Shown here: in pieces, positions 9,901-18,045 of the stretch
Layout: every line of letters starts with the position of its first letter
How positions within the stretch are numbered: position 1 is the stretch's first letter
Virus record (IMG/VR): IMGVR_UViG_3300046642_000350
Span: 3,432 to 67,431 of that record
DNA length: 64,000 nucleotides
Strand: one strand, 5' to 3'
Source: a virus
Notes under the pieces: model-generated
What the model saw: the letters and a program-made list of their open reading frames with translations, nothing else
Told to the model about the DNA's origin: nothing
The model's database searches: none
Program-made: the position numbers and the translations under genes

Positions 9901-10057
9901 ACCGTTCGAGGGTGTGCTGTTGACGAATGCCACGGCGGAAGACGTGCTGGGCAAGCCGAACGGGAAGATTACCGCGAAGGTAACGGCCCCCGCCGCCGAT
10001 GGTGAGCAGTTGGCGCTGGATTTGCCGCTACCCGCCCAGATTGAAAGGACGCACTAA
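6992..10057 (+). CDS. primase (AEP/RepB-like) fused to DUF927 / P-loop helicase-like domain
   Basis: WLDVD, SGSGGFHVYW, DAARVLRVPGT, C..F....C..CP cluster, FGW, GFGAPLM, ESGAHKST, VFLDE. Confidence 0.88.
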   Translation: MATLRDFMAQVVPWPNDGPGYVNLHWTSPKGPGLRGKPFRDLDAFVDFALAAATKPAYYKDVWFCLSQQSTAGEIKNGWRRAIRTQQCATHLKAIWLDVDVKANSEKHYGSTAEGLAALAAFILEAVLPPPSAIVFSGSGGFHVYWISDKALTQEEWRPYAEGLKAAAIKHGLKCDAGLTTDAARVLRVPGTFNYKGGTPRAVRLAHLGESLDFAGRLAGTRCGVPDRYKVVTGAVAVPAWATGKKMAAVFVGLDPKADRLTAGHDDTPLDPTTIFKNCIHYKDALATQGKEHPEPLWNLTLLGATWFEDGRTWAHKLSEGHPDYNKESTDDKFNQKLARRAQGTGWPSCNAFESAGAGCIKCPFHGRVRSPLNLAERVPTSDALDHTPPPPEDLMLPDGYTVDPTTGWICKIVTRALAGGFTSNELRPLFMCRIRNPILQRGNRKILFETSLDGDAWGPVSVLETDLTTEQTLVKTLRTHGCKPYPDNQKFLVQFMTSFTAKLDLAKQRINTVSFGWLRKEEGGQEPIGFAYGGRVVLANGSEQVAGFSDKTVEASYKPKGSEEPWWELHRIITAQVHPSLEVISAAGFGAPLMYATNQYSAVLAPWSPESGAHKSTSIASGCSIWASPVMVKERPMSSQKGVMRMMAHIRNLPVFLDEISEVAHMDEVRTMVNYLSEGADGSKLHQDRTLYAKESWQTLIVVGSNQSLCENIIRNIQYTDAKLQRVFEFIVTPRPDSADPNHVASLVNSLDHNYGGVGLLYSRLLGRDPAGISRYVKSVHDRFNKEVGHVSAERMRSAAAVATFAGAELANTLGCSFHLEEMWSYLKEQYFVQRDRTKSANTIGGTAENTLDMFTQFIKGNVQNILVVQTMPVKRKGHPAPITYVSGPTRDRPYAVHVRFSQTERVIEVSRKKLESWLAHGKTVPGPVISGLKNHFKATETVGVDLAAGSGVAGGREKIISIPVPAGSPFEGVLLTNATAEDVLGKPNGKITAKVTAPAADGEQLALDLPLPAQIERTH

Positions 10058-10395
10058 TGGCTATATTACAGGATAGATGTTGCACCGCACGCAAGCAATA
10101 CCACTGTGGGCAGTGCCACTGCCGCATTGAGATCGGGGACCGATACCGGAAACAGGTCTATACAGAGGATGGCCTTGTGACTTACCGGGCTCATCTCGAC
10201 TGCGACGAGGTCGCCGATGAAATGAAACGCCTCGCCGGGATTGCGTGGAATTATGACGAGGACGCCTATCCCCTCATTGATACGGTTTGCGAGCGTGAAG
10301 ATGGGCCATGGATCAAAGAGAAGTTTCCTGAAGTTGCTAAGAGGCTGTGGACACGGAGCGTTGCCGATGGTGAGCAGTTGGCGCTGGATTTGCCG
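9995..10395 (+). repeat. 33-bp perfect direct repeat (9995-10027 and 10363-10395)
   Basis: GCCGATGGTGAGCAGTTGGCGCTGGATTTGCCG occurs twice; both copies encode ADGEQLALDLP. Confidence 0.95.
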
Positions 10396-10428
10396 TCGCC
10401 CACTCAAGCCATTCCGCATCTTCAATAA
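10057..10428 (+). CDS. hypothetical Cys/His protein (TARK..C..C...I..G..Y type)
   Basis: GAAAGGA RBS, TAATG coupling. Confidence 0.8.
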   Translation: MAILQDRCCTARKQYHCGQCHCRIEIGDRYRKQVYTEDGLVTYRAHLDCDEVADEMKRLAGIAWNYDEDAYPLIDTVCEREDGPWIKEKFPEVAKRLWTRSVADGEQLALDLPSPTQAIPHLQ

Positions 10429-10436
10429 ACTCCCAT

Positions 10437-10530
10437 ATACCGGCATCGACTTCGAACGGGTCGGTGCCGGTATCCGGGTGGGCTAGACGTTTCGGGCGGC
10501 GCATGGCGGTTCCTCCACACGGGGGAACCG
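10437..10530. terminator. two stem-loops between convergent operons
   Basis: ATACCGGCATCGAC/GTCGGTGCCGGTAT (10437-10473) and CGGTTCCTC/GGGGAACCG (10507-10530); no clear U-tract. Confidence 0.55.
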
Positions 10531-10543
10531 TACCATAGAACGG

Positions 10544-10720
10544 TTACGAATCCTTCTTGGCTTCGAAAAATCGGCACCAACCCATTGAACTGATTGGGTT
10601 TTCCACTTTTTTACAGGAATTAGCCCCCAAAGTGGAAAAGTACCGGCAGACGGCGCAGTGGTCGCCGTCCTTATGCCCAGGCCCGTAGTTGGCTACCGCG
10701 TGGGATACTTTCTCAGCCAT
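10544..10720 (-). CDS. HiPIP-like [4Fe-4S] protein (58 aa, missing from ORF track)
   Basis: MAEKVSHAVANYGPGHKDGDHCAVCRYFSTLGANSCKKVENPISSMGWCRFFEAKKDS: Y...CxxC..F...C-x6-I-x3-GWC-x2-F. Confidence 0.8.
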   Translation of the reverse strand: MAEKVSHAVANYGPGHKDGDHCAVCRYFSTLGANSCKKVENPISSMGWCRFFEAKKDS

Positions 10721-10895
10721 CAGCTAGAAATTCTGCAACCTTGCGGGCTATACGGTGGGCGGATTGTCTCTTAATAGCCTCGCGGAGGGTGTTGGCGTCC
10801 TCGCGTTCGCAGCCGCGCAGGAGCCACCCCTTAATGTTGTGGTGCTCCGCGTGCCCTAGAAGTTGTTCGTATGTGGGGTTGTGGTCGTAGGGCAT
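10713..10895 (-). CDS. hypothetical protein
   Basis: AGGAG RBS; tightly packed in the - operon. Confidence 0.65.
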   Translation of the reverse strand: MPYDHNPTYEQLLGHAEHHNIKGWLLRGCEREDANTLREAIKRQSAHRIARKVAEFLADG

Positions 10896-10896
10896 T

Positions 10897-11133
10897 TCAA
10901 CTCCTGGGTTTCTTGCAGGGAAGCTCCTTGTCCCCGGTCATCTTGGATAGTTTCCCGCCCTTCCCGGTTTTGACATAATCCTGCTCCGGGTCGTCGGCGC
11001 CGCCTTTATCCTTGGGCGGCAACCGCCCGTCCGTGAACTGGTCAGGCGTTTTCAGGAAATCCCGGGTGCGCCCTAGCGTGTCCCCGCCCTTGGCGAAGCT
11101 CTCTGATTTACCTAGATAGCATTTGTTGCTCAT
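10897..11133 (-). CDS. small basic protein with FAKGG motif
   Basis: AGGAG RBS; Lys/Gly-rich. Confidence 0.75.
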   Translation of the reverse strand: MSNKCYLGKSESFAKGGDTLGRTRDFLKTPDQFTDGRLPPKDKGGADDPEQDYVKTGKGGKLSKMTGDKELPCKKPRS

Positions 11134-11258
11134 ATGCTTCTCCTGTGAGCCATTCCGTATACTCCCACCATCGGGTTAAATATACGACATCATGGAAAAT
11201 TAACCAGTAAATCCATGCTATCAGTGCGGCTTTTTCAATGGCGGCCCTGTCTGACATG

Positions 11259-14200
11259 TTACCGCCCAAAATGACTGGCGAGCCAACTCAGCGGTCCCGC
11301 CGGGTGTCTGTCCGCCTGTTTCATGGTCTGGTTGTTATGCTTCGTCTCCTGCGCCTCGTACTTACGAGACGCTGCGCTGGGTATACGTACCCCTACCATA
11401 CCGGCGGCAAACTTACCAGCGGTCCCCGCTAGCGATCCTGTCTTGGTCAGGTTGTCCGCTATGGTGCCGTATGGCGGGACGGCCGACCTGGCCGCCCAGT
11501 CCCCTACGTCCCCCGCCGCCCGGGCGGTGTTGCGCGGTTTGGTGTAGTCCGCCGGGGGTACTATCGGTTTACCGTTCCACTGCTGGTTGCGCAGCCCCTG
11601 GAGCGCCATGTTCATGGGGATGGCGGGGGTCCACAGGGTACCCACGATCTTGGCGTAGTCCGCGTCCCCCTGGAGCACCTTCCTTACAGCATCTTCTGGG
11701 GCAAGCATACCGCGCCGCCCCATTTCGGCCTTGTCGTTGCCCGTTAGAGCCCGCACGCCGGCATCTATGGCGGGGTAGACCGCGTAGGCTAGCGCCCCTG
11801 CGGTGAGCATCTGGGAGCCCGCCATGGCCCGCTGCTGGGGCGTCCTGTCGGGTCCTATGGCGTCCCGGAAGATATGCCCCATCGACCGCATGAGCAGCAT
11901 GTGCCAGCGGCCGAATAGGGAGGTGCGGGGGTCTACCATGGCCTGCTGGAGGAACCGTCCCACTTTCCCGTCGGTCAGGAACGTGGGGTCGGTGTAGTAC
12001 GATGTAAACTTGTTAACTTCAGCGGCTGCCGCCTTTGGCTCCATGCCGTGGCCTTCGGTAAGCTCCATGAACCGCTGCAACGGGATCATGTCGCCAATTC
12101 GCCACATCTCGCTGGTGGACAGGTGCTCGATGGCCTTGGCGATCTCGGGCACGTTGAACCCCAGCGCCTTGGTGACCGGGTCCCACTTTGACGGTTTCTG
12201 GGCCACGTCCATCCCGAACCGCTTCATCATGCCGGGGATGAGGTCGTTCGTCATGGTGTTGTGGAACTGGAAGTCCACCCCCGCCTCCATGGCCTTCTTA
12301 TAGTCCGGGCTATTGGCAGGGTCCATGAGCGCCTTGATGGCACGCCCCCCGTACGTCGCCAGGTGGTTCAACCCCTGCGGCGTTACGTTACGGTACCCTC
12401 GCGCGATGATACCGTTGGTGATCATGTTGAGGTCGTGGATGGGCGATCCCGTCACGAGGAATGAGCGGGACATCAGGCTGCCGGCATTGGACAGCCACTT
12501 CAGGTCGTCGTTTCCAAATCCCTGTTTGTGCATGTCGTCCAGTAGCCACCGCATGCCTTTCGGCATGTAGATATCCTGCCCGTTACGCTGCGCCACCGCG
12601 TCCAGTTGGGTAGGAATTTTGTCGTACATTTCCAGCAACTTCTGTTTCGTTGGGTCGTTTTCGGCTTCCGACTTTGTCACCGTGTTTTCTTTCCACCACG
12701 GATCGTTCTTCAGCCCCTGGATGAAATCGATGTTCGACTTGATGTTATGTAGCTGGTTGATACTGTTCGCCAGCGTGATGATGGGGTTGTGGACGAACTT
12801 GACCTGACCGGCAGTGGCTGCCTCAATCTGCTGATCGGACGCCTCGTCCACCTTGAACGATGTCTTCTTGCCACCCTTGAACAGCGACATCGTGTCACCG
12901 ACATTACCCTCGAAGTCGGCGGGGAGTTTCGTCAGCGGCTGTATCTTGCCGTTCTGGTAGATCGAGAACTTGCCGTCTTTCAGGCTTCGGTGCAGGACAA
13001 TGCTGTCACCGGTGTCCTGGTTGACCAGCCGCATGAACTCGCGGTTTTTGATCGAGGGCGCCGTGATGTTAAGTTTGTTCCCAGTAACGACGTTATTGTT
13101 TTCCCCCGGCACCGCTGCTTCCTCGTCGGTTGCCATGCGCGGGATGTTACGGTACTCGGAAACAAGGTCCGGGTCCGCCAAATCTAAACCGAGCCCATAC
13201 TTGTTCGCCTCGTAGATATAGCGGTATAGTAGGTCCCGCTTGGCGATCATCGGCATGACGTGTTCTTTTACGGCGTCATACTGTTTACCTGGCAGGTTTT
13301 TCTCTGTGCCCTCCGTTATCGCCAAGTGGATGTCCTTCCACTGCTCTGGTGTAAACCCGTATGCCCGTGCCCCGTTCTCCATGCCACGGAGCCACAGCTT
13401 TATCTTTGCCCTGGCATTCGCGTACGCACGAACGTCTTTTGTCATGGAGTCAAGTTGCTGTTTGACTTCCGGGGTCCGCTCCGGGTCGGCGGGGGAGGTG
13501 GGGTCGCGTTGCGCCCACTTCGGCCATTTTGGCAGTGCGATGCTGCCGCTTGTGTCCTTAGCGGCTTCCTTGGTGGTAGCCATAAACTTTTTGGAGAGTT
13601 CGATCAGCTTGTTACGCTTCTCGAACTTGGCGAGCCCTTCCGCATCTTTGATCGGCGTCGTCGTTCCGCCCTGCGATTTTTGCTTCCTGAATAGGTTGGC
13701 TTCCTTCATGTTATGCTGAAGGGCTTCGAGGTACTTTCTAGAGTCGCGCGGATATGTATTGATCTCTGTTGCTAGTTCTCCGTCGCGCACTCCGTCCGCG
13801 ATTTCATACTCCGACGGGGTCATATCGTTGACGTAATCTACAAGTTCGTTGTACGCCTCTACGTTGGCGTTGCCTCCCTTCTCATCTACGAGGTGCTGGA
13901 ACTCGGGGCGATCCGTATTACCAGGCGTCGTCTCTGAGATATCCTCGACCGACGGAGTCTTTCTAAGCTCTACGTCGGCCTCGACGTTCGGGCGCACGGT
14001 GGGGTCTTTCAGCGTCTTGACGTAGTTCTCCAAGTCCGCCCACGTCGCCTTCTTCGCTGCGGCCTTCTTCGCTGCCTTCAGTACGGCGTGTTCCGGCAGG
14101 CGGTTGACCAGTTCGTTGGGGGTGTACAAGCCGCCCTTGTCGATCTCGCCATCCTTGTAACCCTTGGCGGCTTCGGCATAGAGTTGGTTCGTCCTATTCA

Positions 14201-15884
14201 CCACGTCCTTGGCGTGGGCGATAATCTCTTTCTTGTTCAACCCCTCCTTGTCCCGGACGATGCTGAGTTCCTGATCCTTGGGTATTTCGGAGACAGCCTG
14301 TTTGACGGCTTTAATGCTCTCGTCAATCCGGTTCTTCTCGGGCAGGGAGTTGTACTTGTACGACTTGTCATCGTGCTGTATGGCTCGCTCGTCGCGCTCG
14401 TTCGCCAGCGACTTGGTGGCGGCTAGCACCTTGTCGGCGTACCGCGCCTGTTCGTCCGGCGCCAGCCTATCAAATATCTTCAGGACATCCGGGTAGGTTG
14501 CTTTGTCCAGCTTCTCCAGTTTCGCCCGTGCGGCTGCAACGTTTTCCGGTACTTCTGGTGCTACCGGTTCTGCTGGCTGCACGACTGGTTGTTGCAGCTG
14601 CGGAGCTAGCCCGGTCTCTATGGGCGCCACCGGTGGCTCCGGTGCGGGCGGTTGCTCTCGCTGCGGCATAGCGTTGGCATCGCCGGGGGGCTTGGAGACT
14701 TCCCCGCTCTCCTGGGGCATGGCGGCGAGGATGTCGGAGTGGGCGCCCTCCGAGGTTTCCATTTTAACGCTGGGCTTTAACCCTGTTGTATCGGCCGGTT
14801 CCTCCGGTTTATCTGAGCGGTAATCCCGTGTCGGATCACTCGGGCGCGCTGCCTCCCGTGCGACCATGGGGGCGCCCACTGTATTACCGGTGGTGTCAGG
14901 TCGTTCGGCAGGGGCGGGGAAGCTCTCAGACGTGCCACGTGACGTACGTACGATGGTGCTAGGGGTCGCCTGCCCACTTGGTTCGCGGTCTACCTTCCCT
15001 AGGTCATCCAGATATGTCTGGGTGCTCGCGCGCAGCGGGTCGCGAAGGTCCATCTTGGCCAGTGCAGCTTTGGCGAGCCCCCACTCCGTGGCTTTCTGCG
15101 GGTCGGTAGCAGCCACTGAACCAGGCGGCGGTTCATTTGTGACCACATCTTCGGCAGCGGGAGCAGCCGCTGGAATGGTTTCATCGGGTGGGCCTTCGTC
15201 GGTGTACCCCTCCCCCATTTTCAGGTCACGGTTGACCGGTTCGGCGGGTGCTTCCGGTGCCGTTACAGGAGCCTGGCTCGTGTTACCACGCGCGGCTGCC
15301 CCGATCCGTGCCCCCGCGCTCTCGAACTTACGCCCTAGCCGATTGAAACTTGGAAACGCGGCACCCAGGCCGGCGCCAGCGATGACGCTCTCTGGATTGA
15401 TTTCACCGTTCTGCAGGTAGTCGGTGGCCGCCGACACGCCGCCACCGATGGCCGCGCCGATACCTCGCTGGAGCATGGAGCCGCTGGGGTGCAGAGTGGC
15501 GACGGCAGGGGCCATCTCGCCCAGCATCTTGGCTGTCGGGTGCTGCTCCTGATCGGCTAACTCCTGCGCTTTGTCGCGCCAACCGAGCTTGTCCAGGAGC
15601 CAGTCCTGGCCCTTCGCCAGGATATTGCCCGCAAGGAGGCCGGCCCCCACGCCCGCCACGAGCCCCACAGGGCCGCCGATAGCGCCGCCCACCAGTGCGC
15701 CGGTACCCATGCCGCCTATGGCGGGTACCGCCCCCCGTGCCGCTCCACGGGCGAAAGTTCCTAGTTCACTACTGTCGTCGGGGGACGACTCGGTGGCATC
15801 CGGTAGATCGTCCCAGGAGGGGAGGGGGCCTCCGCTAGCCTGGGGGGCGTCAGGGAGATCATCCCAGGAGGGGAGGTCCGCCAT
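11259..15884 (-). CDS. large internal virion / DNA ejection-type protein (1541 aa)
   Basis: N-terminal LPSWDDLPDA x2, Gly/Ala hydrophobic helices, long helical body; last of three large genes after the tail genes. Confidence 0.7.
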   Translation of the reverse strand: MADLPSWDDLPDAPQASGGPLPSWDDLPDATESSPDDSSELGTFARGAARGAVPAIGGMGTGALVGGAIGGPVGLVAGVGAGLLAGNILAKGQDWLLDKLGWRDKAQELADQEQHPTAKMLGEMAPAVATLHPSGSMLQRGIGAAIGGGVSAATDYLQNGEINPESVIAGAGLGAAFPSFNRLGRKFESAGARIGAAARGNTSQAPVTAPEAPAEPVNRDLKMGEGYTDEGPPDETIPAAAPAAEDVVTNEPPPGSVAATDPQKATEWGLAKAALAKMDLRDPLRASTQTYLDDLGKVDREPSGQATPSTIVRTSRGTSESFPAPAERPDTTGNTVGAPMVAREAARPSDPTRDYRSDKPEEPADTTGLKPSVKMETSEGAHSDILAAMPQESGEVSKPPGDANAMPQREQPPAPEPPVAPIETGLAPQLQQPVVQPAEPVAPEVPENVAAARAKLEKLDKATYPDVLKIFDRLAPDEQARYADKVLAATKSLANERDERAIQHDDKSYKYNSLPEKNRIDESIKAVKQAVSEIPKDQELSIVRDKEGLNKKEIIAHAKDVVNRTNQLYAEAAKGYKDGEIDKGGLYTPNELVNRLPEHAVLKAAKKAAAKKATWADLENYVKTLKDPTVRPNVEADVELRKTPSVEDISETTPGNTDRPEFQHLVDEKGGNANVEAYNELVDYVNDMTPSEYEIADGVRDGELATEINTYPRDSRKYLEALQHNMKEANLFRKQKSQGGTTTPIKDAEGLAKFEKRNKLIELSKKFMATTKEAAKDTSGSIALPKWPKWAQRDPTSPADPERTPEVKQQLDSMTKDVRAYANARAKIKLWLRGMENGARAYGFTPEQWKDIHLAITEGTEKNLPGKQYDAVKEHVMPMIAKRDLLYRYIYEANKYGLGLDLADPDLVSEYRNIPRMATDEEAAVPGENNNVVTGNKLNITAPSIKNREFMRLVNQDTGDSIVLHRSLKDGKFSIYQNGKIQPLTKLPADFEGNVGDTMSLFKGGKKTSFKVDEASDQQIEAATAGQVKFVHNPIITLANSINQLHNIKSNIDFIQGLKNDPWWKENTVTKSEAENDPTKQKLLEMYDKIPTQLDAVAQRNGQDIYMPKGMRWLLDDMHKQGFGNDDLKWLSNAGSLMSRSFLVTGSPIHDLNMITNGIIARGYRNVTPQGLNHLATYGGRAIKALMDPANSPDYKKAMEAGVDFQFHNTMTNDLIPGMMKRFGMDVAQKPSKWDPVTKALGFNVPEIAKAIEHLSTSEMWRIGDMIPLQRFMELTEGHGMEPKAAAAEVNKFTSYYTDPTFLTDGKVGRFLQQAMVDPRTSLFGRWHMLLMRSMGHIFRDAIGPDRTPQQRAMAGSQMLTAGALAYAVYPAIDAGVRALTGNDKAEMGRRGMLAPEDAVRKVLQGDADYAKIVGTLWTPAIPMNMALQGLRNQQWNGKPIVPPADYTKPRNTARAAGDVGDWAARSAVPPYGTIADNLTKTGSLAGTAGKFAAGMVGVRIPSAASRKYEAQETKHNNQTMKQADRHPAGPLSWLASHFGR

Positions 15885-15891
15885 GGATCAC

Positions 15892-18045
15892 CTACTGCCC
15901 TCGTTGCTGTAGGGCATTCCACTCTTCTTTGGTGTAGGCTTTGCCGTTGAACATTTTCTTGGGTTGGTTGGACTGTAAGTCCGAACCCGGCGCCTGCGCC
16001 CCCTGTTGCTGTGGTGCTTGCGCTCCTTGTGTTTGGCCTGTCGGAGCAGACTGTATCATCTGCACCATATTTTGCGGAGTTAACCCTAGTTTCTGCGCCT
16101 GCCCCATGAATGGAGCAACAAGTTTCATTATTTGCTGCGGGTCTTTCGCAATGCTAGGGTCGGCATTGATTTGGCCTCCCACAAACGAGGTGAACGCTTT
16201 TACCTGTGCATCGTTAAGGGCGGTATTGTTTCTCTGTGCCGCAATTTGAAGTTGTGCAGCTATATGCGCAGCGGCGCGGTCGCCCATAGAGCCCTGTTTG
16301 AATTGTTCAAGCCCCAGCTTGCCCTGGGGACCATATGAGGCTTTCATTTGTTCGAGCCGCGCCGTATTTTGCTGGTCGGCACGGGCAGCATCTGCCATGA
16401 ACTTCTGCCGCTGGGGGGCGTTGCTCTGCCACCCGCCATATATGTCATTAGCTTGCGCTCTATATTTAGAGAGCCCTGTGTCCGGCTGCGCGGGAGATTG
16501 TCCTCCTTGGTCGGGCGTCCCTCTGTATCCTGGTGTAGGGCGCGGGGTTAACTTGCCCGCACCCATGTTTGCGTTATTGAATACTGCGTTTGCCTGTTGT
16601 CTAGCGCCGACCTGCGACTGCGGTGCATCGCTGGGGATAACCCCCTTATTATCCGCGCTAAGAGCGGCATCGACATCGGGGGGCTGTTCCCCGGGACCAC
16701 CAAGCATCCGGTTGACGGCGGGACCGACTTGCGCCATCTGTTGTCTGGCAACAGCGGCACCGGCCCGAGCATCGGCGGCGTTATCCACCATACCGTTCCA
16801 CGATTCGGTGAGCTTGTCCCATCCGTCTTGCAGCATCTTTTTTACGTCGTCCATCGATAACGATTTGACTTGTCCAGACAGGTCCACCGGCCCTGTAGGT
16901 GTTGGAGTCGCGCCGTCTGGTTCAGCGCGAGGCTGAGGTGTTACGTCAGTAACTGGGTTGGATGTAGCCTCGTTAGGGATTACGGGCGAGCCGGTATCGT
17001 CGTCCTCGTCAGTGTCTTCCTGGGCGCCCTCGACTTCTCCGGCGTTGTCAAATGCTTGTACTACGCCGCCACTTTTGTACGACTTCATCATAACGGACGG
17101 GTTATCTGTATCTACCGCGCCCCCTTCGCCAAACCCCTGCTGCTGTCCGATGGGCTTGGAGTGCATGGCGAGGCCGCCTTTCGCCGGGGCGAACCGCACA
17201 CTGTTACCATTCGGTACGTTCGACATGGCTTCGGTAGCGTGCTGCGCCGCCTGTGCCAAGTTACCCCTATCCAACATCGCTTGCGCCGCCGCGCTGTGCG
17301 CGTTGAACAGCGTGCGGTAGTGCTGCATCAGGCCGAACTGTGCCTGCGGGTTACCTGCTGCCGTGATGGCGGCGAGCTTGCGCTCTGCCGGGTCCATTTG
17401 CCCCTGCGGGTCCACACGCTGCTCCAGGGCCGCCGCAGCGTCTGGCGGGATGTTACCGGCACCGGCGAGGTACGCCATGGTCCTGCGCGGATCGGGGAGT
17501 TGTGCTCCGTTACCCTGCTGCTGCTGTTCTTGCTGGGGTTGTTCCGGTATCACCCCGCCATCGTCGTAGCCCTGCTGGGGTTGCTCCTGCTGTTGTGGGT
17601 CGGAGAAGTTCCTCGGGAGGCCCATCTGCTGGCGGCCCCACCCGAGGGCGTTCTGGATGACGCTCATGGGGTCGGAGTTACCGCCTGGTAACTGCTGGTC
17701 ATCCTCATCGCCGTCATTACCGGGATCGACCTCGCCGCCATCGTCGAACGAGAATGTTCCTGTTCTCGGATTAAACCCCCCGGGCCCTTGGCCGCCCACC
17801 CCATAACTGCCGCCGTTACCACTGCCCCTCGTTGTTGTATTACCACTACCACCGCCGCTTTCAGGGGTTGGCACATCGCTCCATTGCGGAACCATGTCAC
17901 CGCCGCCAACGAGCGCGCTGTTGTTCGTGCCGCTCGTCGGTGAGGCAGACGTAGATGTACCGCCCGAACTTGCAATGTCGTCAATCGGTCCATTCGCCCA
18001 AGCGCCGAAACGCCCGGGGTTATCCATAGGGAGTACGCCGGGCAT
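15892..18045 (-). CDS. internal virion / ejection-type protein (717 aa)
   Basis: Gln/Gly-rich, repeated [FY]xxGGx[VI] motifs; position. Confidence 0.65.
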   Translation of the reverse strand: MPGVLPMDNPGRFGAWANGPIDDIASSGGTSTSASPTSGTNNSALVGGGDMVPQWSDVPTPESGGGSGNTTTRGSGNGGSYGVGGQGPGGFNPRTGTFSFDDGGEVDPGNDGDEDDQQLPGGNSDPMSVIQNALGWGRQQMGLPRNFSDPQQQEQPQQGYDDGGVIPEQPQQEQQQQGNGAQLPDPRRTMAYLAGAGNIPPDAAAALEQRVDPQGQMDPAERKLAAITAAGNPQAQFGLMQHYRTLFNAHSAAAQAMLDRGNLAQAAQHATEAMSNVPNGNSVRFAPAKGGLAMHSKPIGQQQGFGEGGAVDTDNPSVMMKSYKSGGVVQAFDNAGEVEGAQEDTDEDDDTGSPVIPNEATSNPVTDVTPQPRAEPDGATPTPTGPVDLSGQVKSLSMDDVKKMLQDGWDKLTESWNGMVDNAADARAGAAVARQQMAQVGPAVNRMLGGPGEQPPDVDAALSADNKGVIPSDAPQSQVGARQQANAVFNNANMGAGKLTPRPTPGYRGTPDQGGQSPAQPDTGLSKYRAQANDIYGGWQSNAPQRQKFMADAARADQQNTARLEQMKASYGPQGKLGLEQFKQGSMGDRAAAHIAAQLQIAAQRNNTALNDAQVKAFTSFVGGQINADPSIAKDPQQIMKLVAPFMGQAQKLGLTPQNMVQMIQSAPTGQTQGAQAPQQQGAQAPGSDLQSNQPKKMFNGKAYTKEEWNALQQRGQ

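Noticed and set aside
9995-10395. Diversity-generating retroelement or attL/attR
   Set aside because: The repeat is short and identical with no A-specific mismatches; no reverse transcriptase or integrase in the window
11170-11215. CtrA box upstream of 11133
   Set aside because: Only isolated TTAA half-sites; no N7-spaced partner with one mismatch or fewer
11259-15884. N4-type virion RNA polymerase or tape measure protein
   Set aside because: Too short for an N4 vRNAP with no recognisable polymerase motifs; no tail tube or chaperone genes to support a tape measure
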